This document shows, one piece after another, positions 53,025 through 62,489 of a stretch of DNA of 64,000 nucleotides. This stretch comes from an uncultured Candidatus Rokubacteria bacterium (GTDB lineage: Bacteria; Methylomirabilota; Methylomirabilia; Rokubacteriales; CSP1-6). The notes below the pieces were generated by a model, which saw only the letters and a program-made list of their open reading frames with translations, did no database searches and was not told the DNA's origin. The stretch lies in NCBI GenBank assembly GCA_963758635.1, contig CAVWWD010000005.1, positions 64,001-128,000 on the forward strand, read 5' to 3'. Made by a program: the position numbers and the translations under genes. Position 1 is the first letter of the stretch; every line of letters begins with the position of its first letter.

Positions 53025-53564
53025 ATGCGCGCGCCGTGCCCGGAATGCGGCTGCTTCTACCTGGATCTCGCCGCGTGCCCCCGCTGCCCGGCCACCGCCG
53101 GGGCAGCGGCCGTCCCCGTGCCCGCCGGGTTCTGGCGGCGCGGCGTCGCGCTCCTCGTGGACTACGGCCTCGTCCTGGTCGCGCGCGCCGCCCTGGTGGC
53201 CTCGGCGCGGGCGATGCTCGGGAGCGGCGCGGAGTCCTCCCGCGTGTTCGGCGTCGCGACGTGGGCCTTCCCGGCGCTCTTCGGCTTCGTGTACGCCGTG
53301 CTGTCGCACTGGATCTGGGGCCAGACGCTCGGCAAGATGGCGCTGTCGGTCCGCGTGGTGATGCGGGACGGCAGCCCGCTGCCGCTTCCCGTCGCCGTCG
53401 GGCGCCAGTGCGGCTTCGTCCTGTCCATCGTCGTCCTCGGGCTCGGTCTGGCGCTGGCCGCGCTCCGCGCCGACCGTCGCGCGCTCCACGACCTCCTGGC
53501 CGGCACGCGCGTCGAGCGGGCCAGCGCTGACCCCACGGATCCCCGGCGCGCCCGCGTGCTATAG
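53025..53564 (+). CDS. RDD family membrane protein with N-terminal Cys-rich ribbon
   Basis: AGFWRR..A.LVD, GQTLGK, RALHDLLAGTRV. Confidence 0.8.
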   Translation: MRAPCPECGCFYLDLAACPRCPATAGAAAVPVPAGFWRRGVALLVDYGLVLVARAALVASARAMLGSGAESSRVFGVATWAFPALFGFVYAVLSHWIWGQTLGKMALSVRVVMRDGSPLPLPVAVGRQCGFVLSIVVLGLGLALAALRADRRALHDLLAGTRVERASADPTDPRRARVL

Positions 53565-53571
53565 TCCGCGC

Positions 53572-54213
53572 GTGCCGTTGCCGCTGTCGCTCCGCAACAC
53601 CCTCGCCGAGCTGATCCTCGACGCGCTCCACGACTCCGAAGCCCGGGCCGCTCTCGCCGCGCTCTGCGCGGTCTGCGACGACCCGCGCGCGCTCGCGGCG
53701 GCGCCCCCGCCGGCGCGCTTCCCCGTGGACCTCTTCGAGGCCCGCGACGACGGGCTCGCCGCGAAGGACGCCGCGCACGGCGGCGAGATGTGCGCGCGCG
53801 CGCGACGCGGCTGGGCGGTCGTGCGCGAGCGCCCGCTCGACCCGCCGCATGCGCCGCTGCCCGTCGCCCTGTCCGCGGCGGCGGCGCTCTTCGACGGTGG
53901 TCTCTATTTCGAGACGCACGAGCAGCTCGAGCCGCACTGGATGCGCGCCCACGGCGAGGCGCGCGACGCGATCCAGGGACTGATCCAGGTCGCCGTGGGG
54001 TTCCAGCACCTCGCCAACGGCAACCCCGCGGGCGCGCGTGCCCTCCTGGGCGAGGGCGCGGCCAAGCTGGCGGGACGCCGCCTCGCCGGCCGTGACCTCG
54101 ACGCCTTCGCGCGCGAGACGCGCGGGTGCCACGACGAGGTGATGGCGCTGGGAGACCAGGCGAGCGCGCGCTTCTCCTGGACCCAGGTGCCGCGCTTTCC
54201 CGCCGTCGCGTGA
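53572..54213 (+). CDS. DUF309 domain protein
   Basis: YFETHEQLEPHW, QGLIQVAV. Confidence 0.7.
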   Translation: MPLPLSLRNTLAELILDALHDSEARAALAALCAVCDDPRALAAAPPPARFPVDLFEARDDGLAAKDAAHGGEMCARARRGWAVVRERPLDPPHAPLPVALSAAAALFDGGLYFETHEQLEPHWMRAHGEARDAIQGLIQVAVGFQHLANGNPAGARALLGEGAAKLAGRRLAGRDLDAFARETRGCHDEVMALGDQASARFSWTQVPRFPAVA

Positions 54214-54417
54214 TCCCTGCGCGATCTCCGGGCATGGGCCCGACGACGTACGCCGTGTGACCCCTCGCGTGAGGGAGATCCCGCCCCGTGCGCGTCCTTG
54301 CCTCAGCCAATTCCCAGGCTCGAGATCCGGGTGGACGGGGGTCAGGGCGTCCCCACTCATCTCAAGGAGGTGATCCTAAGGGTGTGAAATGGAGTCATTT
54401 CCACCGTAAGGATTTCC

Positions 54418-54446
54418 TTGACAGCCCCATTTGACGAACGTAGGGT
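54418..54446 (+). promoter_or_regulatory. Sigma70-type promoter candidate
   Basis: TTGACA-17 nt-TAGGGT in an AT-richer patch upstream of the RRM gene. Confidence 0.5.
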
Positions 54447-54574
54447 ATGGGCCATGTTTTCAGGGCATGTACCATAGTGCCCCTATTGACTTGGTGTCCG
54501 GGGCATTATGCCCCATGCGCCGCCGGTGAGCCTGGGCGGGTGACGCTCGCGGTTCTGGGTGCGGCAGGAGGTTC

Positions 54575-54907
54575 GTGATGCCCGCTAAGCTTTTCGTCGG
54601 CAACCTATCGTTCCAGGCCACCGAAGAGGACCTTCGAGAGCTCTTCCAGCAGTCCGGCACGGTCGAGTCCGTCCGGATCGTCACCGATCAGTTCACCGGG
54701 CGCCCGCGCGGCTTCGGCTTCGTCGAGATGGCGACGAAGGAGGAAGCGGCGAAGGCCGTCGAGATGCTGAACGGACGGCTCTTCCGCGACCGCAACCTGG
54801 TCGTCGACGAGGCGCGGCCGCAGCCCGCGCGGACGGGTGGAGCGCCCCGATCGGATCGTGGTGGCTCGCGCCCCGGCGGATCGAGCGCCGGAGGCTGGCG
54901 CCGCTAA
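54575..54907 (+). CDS. RRM RNA-binding protein
   Basis: RNP2 LFVGNL, RNP1 RGFGFVEM, Gly/Arg tail; SD AGGAGG. Confidence 0.92.
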   Translation: MMPAKLFVGNLSFQATEEDLRELFQQSGTVESVRIVTDQFTGRPRGFGFVEMATKEEAAKAVEMLNGRLFRDRNLVVDEARPQPARTGGAPRSDRGGSRPGGSSAGGWRR

Positions 54908-54988
54908 TGACCTCGCAGAATACGGGAACCGTCACGGGTCTCTACAGTCCCACCGCTCGGCATTAGTCCGATGCGCGGGGCTCATTAG
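54904..54988 (+). repeat. Repeat family A, copy 4
   Basis: CTAATGA ... TCATTAG ends; starts on the TAA stop of the RRM gene. Confidence 0.85.
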
Positions 54989-55005
54989 ACCGAAGCGGGC
55001 AAGAG

Positions 55006-55035
55006 ACCCCGGGGGCGACCCTCCCGGGGTTTTTT
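55006..55035 (+). terminator. Intrinsic terminator
   Basis: ACCCCGGG ... CCCGGGGT stem followed by a T run. Confidence 0.8.
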
Positions 55036-55042
55036 CTCGCGC

Positions 55043-55071
55043 TTGTATACTCATCATGTGAGGAGTATATT
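55043..55071 (+). promoter_or_regulatory. Promoter overlapped by a palindromic operator
   Basis: TTGTAT-17 nt-TATATT; inverted repeat TATACTC-N10-GAGTATA at 55046-55069; ATG 7 nt after the -10. Confidence 0.65.
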
Positions 55072-55078
55072 GCGATCC

Positions 55079-56060
55079 ATGAATCGCCCCGGCGTTCCCG
55101 CTCCAGGCTTCGCCAAACGCATCGGCCCCGTCGTCGACGAGCGCCGGAACGCCGAGTTCCAGGCGCTCGAGAGCACGGACCTCATGAACCGCCTCAACGG
55201 CGCATCGATGCCGTTCGACTGGACGGTGAACCCGTATCGCGGCTGCGAGGTCGGCTGCCGGTACTGCTATGCCCGGCCCACCCACGAGTACCTGGGCCAC
55301 GTCGACCCCAGCGAGTTCGAGGAGCGCATCTACGTCAAGAGCGTGGACGAGGCCCGCCTGCTCCATACCCTCCGGCGCGCGCGTGACGCGGACCAGGAAG
55401 TCGCCATCGGCACCGCCACCGATCCCTACCAGCCGGCCGAGGGACGCTTCCGGGTGACCGAGACGGTGCTGCGGGCCATCGCCCGCGTGCCCGGCCTCAA
55501 GGTCGGGATCACCACCAAGAGCACCTCGGTCACGCGAGACCTGCCGCTTCTCGCCGAGATCGCCGCCGCCGCCCGGCTCATCGTGAACGTCTCCTTGATC
55601 TCGCATGGACGCGGACCTTCTCCGGCAGCTCGAGCCTCGCGCCCCGCGCCCCGATCTCCGCCTCCGCGCGCTGTCCATGCTCCACCAGGCCGGCATCCCG
55701 GCGCGGCTCTTCGTGATGCCGGTGTTGCCGTACCTGACCGACGGGGAGCCCGGCCTGCGAAGGCTGCTCGAGGCGGCGGCGCGCGCCGGCGCCGGCGAGG
55801 TCATCTGGAACGTGCTCTTCCTCCGCGGCGCCACCCGCCCGTTCTTCCTCGACTTCCTGAGGCGGGAGATGCCGTGGCTGGTTCAGCGCTACGTGGCGCT
55901 CTACGCGGGCGGCGCGTATGCGGCGGCGGAGTACCGGCAGGAGGTGGACCGGCTCATGGAGCGGCTCGGACGCGAGGCCGGACTGAGCGGCCTGACCCGG
56001 GAGGAACGCGTGAAGCGAGAAGGGGGAGGCCGGTCGCGGCAGCTCGCGCTGTTCTGGTAG
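55079..56060 (+). CDS. SplB-like radical SAM protein (frameshift near 55605)
   Basis: NPYRGCEVGCRYCYAR, TATDPYQPAE, TTKS; second frame LEPRAP...PVLPYLTD...QLALFW. Confidence 0.8.
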
Positions 56061-56092
56061 CGCGCGCGGTCAACTCGGCAGGTCGCGCCTCT

Positions 56093-58370
56093 TCATGCCT
56101 GTAGGTCGAGCGTCAGCTGGACGGGCCCGTTCTGGGCGTCGTCCTCGGTGGGAGCCCGGAGCCCGTCGCGCTCGATGAACGGGCGGAACTTCTCGTAGAG
56201 GTCCCGGAGCTTTGCGATGTAGTGCGCGGTGTTCTCGTCGGGCGCCGACGGGTCCCACGCCGTCGCCAGCTTGGCCGCCTCGCTCACCTTCACCGGTCTG
56301 CCGCCCGCCACGTAGTAGGACACCTGGTCGCCGGCCTGGTACGAGCGTTCGGCGGCCAGCGCCAGCTCGTAGGGCGCCGCCGGGTTCCGCTTTCCCTCCT
56401 CCACCTTCTCGCGATAGGCCTCGGGCGACTCCTGCAGCGTCTCCGTCTTCATGAACTGCCGCACCGGGACCCGATGCGCCAGGAAGCTCTCCTCCCAGCG
56501 GCGCGCGAGGGCCGGGATCTCCTCCCGCCGGCCTGTCGAGCAGGAGCCGGAACACCTCCTCCATCCACTGCCGCTGGAACAGCTCGATGCCGCGGGAGCG
56601 GAAGCCGGAGCCCTTGATCAGGAGCTTCCCGTGGTCGTCGAGGAGCGCGTAGTTCTTCATCTTGTAGCTGAACATCGCCCCGTAGCGTCCGCTCAGCTCG
56701 AGCTCGATCCCGCTGGGCAGGGCGCCGGCGAGCGACGCGAGGAGCGAGTCCTCGTCGGGCCCCTCGGGGGGCGGGACGAAGTAGAGGCCGTCGGTGTCGA
56801 CCTCGATGACCGTGCCGCCGAGCTCGCGGAGCCGGTCCACGAGAGACATGACGACGCGGCGCCCTTCGAGCGTGACGCGGTTGGCCGCCTCGAAGTCGTT
56901 CCAGTGGCCGAGCGAGAACCCGAGGTAGCCGTAGAACGAGTTGATGAGGATCTTGAAGGTCTGCTGCAGGGCGCCGAGCAGGAGCCGATCGCCCGGGTCG
57001 GCGGCGGTCCGGGCGAGCCGCTTGGCCGAGACCCGGAACTCGCGAAGGTCGCCCAGCAGCGAGCTCCAGATGCCCAGGCGATCGGCGGACGGCGCGATGC
57101 CCTGCGACAGCATGATCGACGGGTAGAGGGACGTCACGTCGGCGTGGAGCACGTCCCGGGCGACGCCCTGGCAGAACACCGCGGTGTAGCCGCCCGCCAC
57201 TCCGCTCGGGGGCCCGGGCCGCGGCACGGACTGGCCCCGGTAGAGGTACTCGCGCATCAGCAGGGCGTCGACCTTGGTCGCGTTGCCCCGCAGCACGACC
57301 GACTCGTAGTCGAAGGGCAGGGCCTGCGCCTGCACGAAGTACGGCGCGGAGAGGAGGCGCGAGACCTCGAGCGTCTCGAGCACGTCGTCGCGCGCATAGG
57401 CCATCAGGCGCTCGGGGTCCTCGGCGAACACCCGCGGGATGTCCTCGGGGGGCAGGTAGGTCCGGTCGGGCGCGGCCACGCCGAAGTGCCGCGCCACGTC
57501 CTTCAGCCCATAGGACGGCAGGTCGCGCGCGCCCACGTCGTAGAGCTGGGAGAGGAGCCACGTGTCGACGATGTGGCGACCCGCGACGCCGTACCGCCGG
57601 TAGCCGATCGTGCGCTCCGCCACCTGCATGCGCGAGGGATGGCCGGTCAGGAGCGAGCCGTCGCGGCCCCAGGCGAGCGGCACGCCGTGTCGACGCGCCC
57701 GCGCCTCGAGGTACTCCAGGTCGAACCGGAAGATGTTGTGGCCCTCGAGCACGTCGGGGTCACGCTCGCGGAGCAGCCGCCCGCACTCGGCGAGGAGCTG
57801 CGCCTCCGAGGCCCGCGCTCCCGACAGCACGGTGCTCCACCCGGACGAGTCGGCCAGGGCGATGGCCACGATGCGATCCGCCCCTCGGCCCGCGTTCGGG
57901 AACTCGAAGCCCGGCGCCGTCGTCACCTCGATGTCGAGCGCGAGGCGCCGGAGGTCCTCGAAGCCCATGCCGCGGAACGACGTGCGGCCGGTGCGGAGCA
58001 GGAACTGCTGCACGGGGTCGTTGAAGAACCGGTACGGCGCCTCCGGCGCGCCGGACGGATGGCCCGTGAGCTGGCGACAGTGCTCGCGAGCACGGAGGGC
58101 GGCGCCCCACGACGCGAACGTCGCGAGCCAGCCGAACGCGCCGTCGCCCTCGAGCCGCTCGACCGGGGCGGGCTCCGCGTGATCACGGAGGAGGCCGGGG
58201 TCGCCGAGGAGCATGAACGGCGAGAAGGGGAGCGCCTCGGTGACGACGCCCGCGTCGCGCCGCGCGTAGCAGGTCATGACGCGGTCGCGGGGGACGAAGG
58301 CGAGCAGCCGGGGAGCGGGATCGCGCCCGAACAGGATCGGGTTCGCGTAGAAGCGCTGAGCGAGGTTCAA
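56093..58370 (-). CDS. Family B DNA polymerase with 3'-5' exonuclease (frameshift near 56537)
   Basis: Exo DIE, HNIFRFD, YARDD; Pol DVTSLYPS, KILINSFYG, DTDG; KNYA; TTG start overlaps the TPR stop. Confidence 0.88.
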
Positions 58371-58864
58371 TTGCGCTGACGGATGAGGAGCTCGACGCGG
58401 ACCAGCTCGCGGCGGGCCGGCTCGTAGCGCGGCTCGACGCCGAGCGCCCCGCGGAGCTCGCGGACGGCCTCCATCAGGCGGTCCTGCTTCACGTAGATGC
58501 GCGCGAGGTTGAAGAACGGGTACTGGCGGGGCTCGTACCGCCGCGCGCGCTTGGCGCGCTCCAGCCACGGGATCGCCTCGTCGACGCGCCCGAGCTCGAT
58601 GAGGTAGGCGCCGATGTCGTTGTACGGGTTGCCGAAGTCCGGATCCACGGCGATCGCGGTGTGGCACTCCGCGATGGCGTCCTCGTGCCGGCCCTGGAAG
58701 CTGTAGGTCCAGCCGAGGAACGTGTGGGCCTCGGCGGTGGGGTGGCTCGCGATCGACCGGCGATAGTGCTCGATGGCTTCCTCGAGCCGGCCCGCCATCT
58801 GCGCCTCGTACCCGCGCTGGAAGTGCGTCTGCGCGGCCTCGACGGCGTCCTGGTCCTCGCTCAT
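58367..58864 (-). CDS. TPR protein
   Basis: Consecutive TPR-like helices (AHTFLGW, PYNDIGAYL, FFNLARIY). Confidence 0.85.
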   Translation of the reverse strand: MSEDQDAVEAAQTHFQRGYEAQMAGRLEEAIEHYRRSIASHPTAEAHTFLGWTYSFQGRHEDAIAECHTAIAVDPDFGNPYNDIGAYLIELGRVDEAIPWLERAKRARRYEPRQYPFFNLARIYVKQDRLMEAVRELRGALGVEPRYEPARRELVRVELLIRQRN

Positions 58865-59006
58865 CCCGTCACCGCATCCGTCTCGGCGTGGCCATCTTCC
58901 GCTCGGATTCTACTCCAGTCGCCGGCGGCCGGAGACGGCGTCGGCGCGCCGCGCGGCGCTCGCGCGTTGCGTGGCGCGGTGGCGCCGTGCTAGCGTGAGC
59001 GCTCCC

Positions 59007-59738
59007 ATGGGTGCGTGCGCGTCCAAGCAGGAGCTGCGCGAGCGCGTGTGGCGCGCGCTGGAGATCGCCGGGGCCGCCCGCTTCCCGGGCGCCAAGGGGC
59101 GCATCCCCAACTACTCCGGAGCCGAGCGCGCCGCCCTCGAGCTGCCGGGCATTCCCGCGTGGAAGCGCGCGCGCGTGGTCAAGATCAACCCTGACGCCGC
59201 GCAGCTGCCGGTCCGCCGCCTCGCCCTCCGGGAGGGCAAGCTCGTGTACATGCCCGTGCCCCGGCTCGCCGCGGCGGAGTGCTTCATCGAGCTCGATCCC
59301 GCGCGGCTCGGCGCGAACCTGTCGCGCGCCGCCACCATCAAGGGGGCGGCGGCGCACGGCCGCGCGCTCACGCCCGAGGCGATGCGCCCGATCGACCTGG
59401 TGGTGTGCGGCTCGGTGGCCGTCAACGGGCTGGGGGCCCGCGTCGGCAAGGGCGGCGGCTACTCGGACCTCGAGTACGGCCTCCTGCGGGAGCGCGGGCT
59501 CCTCGGCGAGCGCACGCCCGTGGTGACCACCGTGCACCCGATCCAGGTCGTGCCCCACGCCATCGAGACCCTGCCGCACGACATCGTGCTCGACTGGGTC
59601 GTCACCGCCGCCGGCCCCATGCGCTGCGCCTCCGGGCTGCCGCGGCCGCGCGGGATCTACTGGGACGACCTCGACGACGAGAAGATCGAGAGCGTTCCCA
59701 TCCTCGCCACCCTCGCGGCGGCGCGACGCGCTCGCTGA
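59007..59738 (+). CDS. 5-formyltetrahydrofolate cyclo-ligase family protein
   Basis: GRIPN, NPD, GSVAV, GKGGGYSDLE, HD. Confidence 0.8.
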   Translation: MGACASKQELRERVWRALEIAGAARFPGAKGRIPNYSGAERAALELPGIPAWKRARVVKINPDAAQLPVRRLALREGKLVYMPVPRLAAAECFIELDPARLGANLSRAATIKGAAAHGRALTPEAMRPIDLVVCGSVAVNGLGARVGKGGGYSDLEYGLLRERGLLGERTPVVTTVHPIQVVPHAIETLPHDIVLDWVVTAAGPMRCASGLPRPRGIYWDDLDDEKIESVPILATLAAARRAR

Positions 59739-59765
59739 CCCGACCCTCACAGGAAAGGACCCGGC

Positions 59766-60557
59766 ATGGACCTCGGACTCAAAGGAAAGGTCGCCTTCGT
59801 GGCCGCGGCCAGCAAGGGCATGGGCCGCGCGTGCGCGCTGGGCCTGGCCGCCGAAGGCGCGCGCGTCGCCATGTGCGCGCGGACGGCGTCCGCCCTCGAC
59901 GAGGCCGCCGCCGACGTGCGGAAGCAGACCGGCGCCGAGGTCGTGGCCATCCCCGCCGACCTGTCCCGCGCCGCGGACGTCGCGCGGGCCGTCGCGCGGA
60001 CGCGCGAGACCCTCGGCGACGTGGACATCCTCGTCGGCAACGTCGGCGGGCCGCCGCCCGGCAACTTCGACCAGATGACGGACGAGCAGTGGACGCAGGC
60101 CTTCGAGCAGGTGCACATGTCCACCGTCCGGCTCATCCGGGACGTCCTGCCCCGCATGCGCGCGCGGAAGTGGGGGCGCATCCTCGCCATCCAGTCCAGC
60201 TCGGTGAAGCAGCCGGTGGACGGCCTCGTGCTGTCCAACGGGATCCGGCCCGCCGTCGCCGGCCTCTTCAAGACGATCGCCGGCGACGTGGCCGCCGACA
60301 ACGTCACCGTGAACATGGTCCTGCCCGGGCGGATCATGACCGACCGGTTCCTCCACCATCAGGCGGAGCGGGCGAAGGCGGCGGGACGCACGCTGGAGGA
60401 GCAGATGAAGGTCGGGGCCCTGGACATCCCGGCCGGCCGCGTCGGCCGGCCCGAGGAGTTCGCCGCCGTCGTCGTCTTCCTGGCCTCCGAGCGCGCGTCG
60501 TACGTGACGGGGACGGTGGTCCAGGTGGACGGGGGCCTGATCAAGAGCGTCGTGTAG
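59766..60557 (+). CDS. SDR family oxidoreductase
   Basis: MDLGLKGK, ASKGMG, GGPPPG, VDGG. Confidence 0.85.
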   Translation: MDLGLKGKVAFVAAASKGMGRACALGLAAEGARVAMCARTASALDEAAADVRKQTGAEVVAIPADLSRAADVARAVARTRETLGDVDILVGNVGGPPPGNFDQMTDEQWTQAFEQVHMSTVRLIRDVLPRMRARKWGRILAIQSSSVKQPVDGLVLSNGIRPAVAGLFKTIAGDVAADNVTVNMVLPGRIMTDRFLHHQAERAKAAGRTLEEQMKVGALDIPAGRVGRPEEFAAVVVFLASERASYVTGTVVQVDGGLIKSVV

Positions 60558-60659
60558 GGCCGTGCTCGCCCGCCCCTCGATGACGACCCCCGCAGGGACA
60601 ATGGCCCTCGCGACCCGTCCGCGATAGCGGACGCGCCGGCACGGCCGCGGCGACCGCCG

Positions 60660-61466
60660 ATGCTCATCGCGTGGTGGGGAGCCCTCCGCGGGTTCTACAA
60701 CCACAACGGCTTCTTCCTCGCCGCCGGGCTCGCCTTCTACTTCCTGATCTGCCTCATCCCCACGCTGTTCCTGTTCGTGTCCCTGGCCGGCTTCGCGCTC
60801 TCCAGCGAGGCGGCGAGCCAGGCCGTGCTCGACCGTCTCGGGCAGATCGTGCCCGTCTACCGGCACGAGATGAAGGAGATCCTCGCCCGCATCATCGCCA
60901 CGCGGAGCCTGTCCGGGCTGGTCGGCACGCTCATCCTGGTGGTGTTCTCGAGCCAGATGTTCGGCGCCCAGCGGTTCGTCCTCAACCAGGTGTTCAGCGT
61001 GCGCCGGGGCCGCGGGATCTTCAAGGGCATGGCGAGCGACACCCTGATGATCTTCGTGATGGGGGCGCTGTTCTTCTTCAGCATCGCCGTCACCGACCTC
61101 GTGGCCTGGCTCCGGGTCTTCGTCTTCTCCCCGGGGATCCCGCGCTTCTGGCTGCGCAGCCTCACCATCGCCATCGCGCTCGGCTTCAACACCGTGCTCT
61201 TCTTCGTCGCCTACCGCTACTTCCCCTCGCGCTCCGTCGACGCGTGGCCCACCCTGTGGGGCGCGCTGCTCGCCAGCGTGCTCTGGGAAACCGCGAAGCA
61301 GGTCTTCCGCTGGTACATCCTGACCTTCGGCGTGTACGACCAGCTGTACGGTACGCTGGGGGCCCTCGTGGCCCTCAGCATGTTCGTGTACTACTCCGCC
61401 ATGGTGTTCATCCTCGGCGCCGAGTACACCGCCGCGCTCGAGGCTCGATGGCGCGGCCGCTCGTAG
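60660..61466 (+). CDS. YihY/BrkB family membrane protein
   Basis: AAGLAFY, YGTLG, GAE; multiple TM segments. Confidence 0.8.
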   Translation: MLIAWWGALRGFYNHNGFFLAAGLAFYFLICLIPTLFLFVSLAGFALSSEAASQAVLDRLGQIVPVYRHEMKEILARIIATRSLSGLVGTLILVVFSSQMFGAQRFVLNQVFSVRRGRGIFKGMASDTLMIFVMGALFFFSIAVTDLVAWLRVFVFSPGIPRFWLRSLTIAIALGFNTVLFFVAYRYFPSRSVDAWPTLWGALLASVLWETAKQVFRWYILTFGVYDQLYGTLGALVALSMFVYYSAMVFILGAEYTAALEARWRGRS

Positions 61467-61577
61467 CTGTGCTAGGGTGAGCCATCCAAGATCGGCCCAG
61501 GCGAGCGCCGTCCTGCGCGGGCCGCGCGGCGGCGGCGGACCAGGGCGCTGGGCCACTTCACAGGGCGGAGGACACTC

Positions 61578-62489
61578 ATGCTGCTGGCGGACAAGGTCGC
61601 GGTGGTGACGGGAGCGGCGCGGGGGATCGGGCGGGAGATCGCCCTCCTGATGGCGCGGCACGGCGCGAAGGTCATCGTCAACGACTTCGGCGGCGCGGCG
61701 GACGGCACCGGCGCCACGGCCACTCCCGCCGACGAGGTGGTGAACGCGATCAAGGGGCAGGGCGGCCAGGCCGCCGCGTGCTACGACTCGGTGGCGAGCA
61801 TGAAGGGCGGCGCCAATATCGTCCAGGCCGCCCTCGATCACTTCGGCGGCGTGGACATCGTCGTCAACAACGCGGGCATCCTCCGCGACCGCATGATCTT
61901 CAACATGACCGAGGAGGAGTGGGACGGCGTCATCAACACCCACCTCAAGGGGACCTTCGCGGTGACGCGGGCGGCGTCGCCGCACATGCGCGAGCGGAAG
62001 TGGGGGCGCATCGTCAACATGACCTCCACCTCGGGGCTCGTCGGCAACGTCGGCCAGGCGAACTACGCCGCGGCCAAGCTCGGCATCGTCGGCTTCACCA
62101 AGGTCGTCGCCCTGGACATGGCCCGCTACAACGTCACCGCGAACTGCATCTCGCCGTTCGCGTGGACGCGCATGATCGGCACCATCCCGACCGAGACCGA
62201 GGCGCAGAAGGCCCGCGTCGAGAAGATCAAGAAGATGGGCCCGGAGCACATCGCCCCCGTCGCGGTGTTCCTCGCTTCCGAGGCGGCCAAGGAGATCTCC
62301 GGCCAGGTCTTCGGCGTGCGCGGCAAGGAGATCATGCTCTTCAATCACATGCGGCCGGCGCGGAGCCTCCACCACGACGCCGGCTGGACCCCCGAGCGCC
62401 TCGCCGAGATGTTCCCCGGCACCCTCCGCCATCATCTGGCTCCACTGGAGACCTCGGGGCAGTTCTTCAACTACGATCCGCTCGTGTGA
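61578..62489 (+). CDS. SDR family oxidoreductase
   Basis: TGAARGIG, NNAGILRD, NYAAAK. Confidence 0.88.
   Translation: MLLADKVAVVTGAARGIGREIALLMARHGAKVIVNDFGGAADGTGATATPADEVVNAIKGQGGQAAACYDSVASMKGGANIVQAALDHFGGVDIVVNNAGILRDRMIFNMTEEEWDGVINTHLKGTFAVTRAASPHMRERKWGRIVNMTSTSGLVGNVGQANYAAAKLGIVGFTKVVALDMARYNVTANCISPFAWTRMIGTIPTETEAQKARVEKIKKMGPEHIAPVAVFLASEAAKEISGQVFGVRGKEIMLFNHMRPARSLHHDAGWTPERLAEMFPGTLRHHLAPLETSGQFFNYDPLV

Noticed and set aside
54364..54376. 16S rRNA gene fragment
   Set aside because: Only 13 nt match the 16S 3' end; the flanks show no rRNA similarity.
56093..58370. PolB as part of a prophage, casposon or pipolin
   Set aside because: No integrase, cas1, structural genes or terminal repeats nearby; composition looks like the host background.
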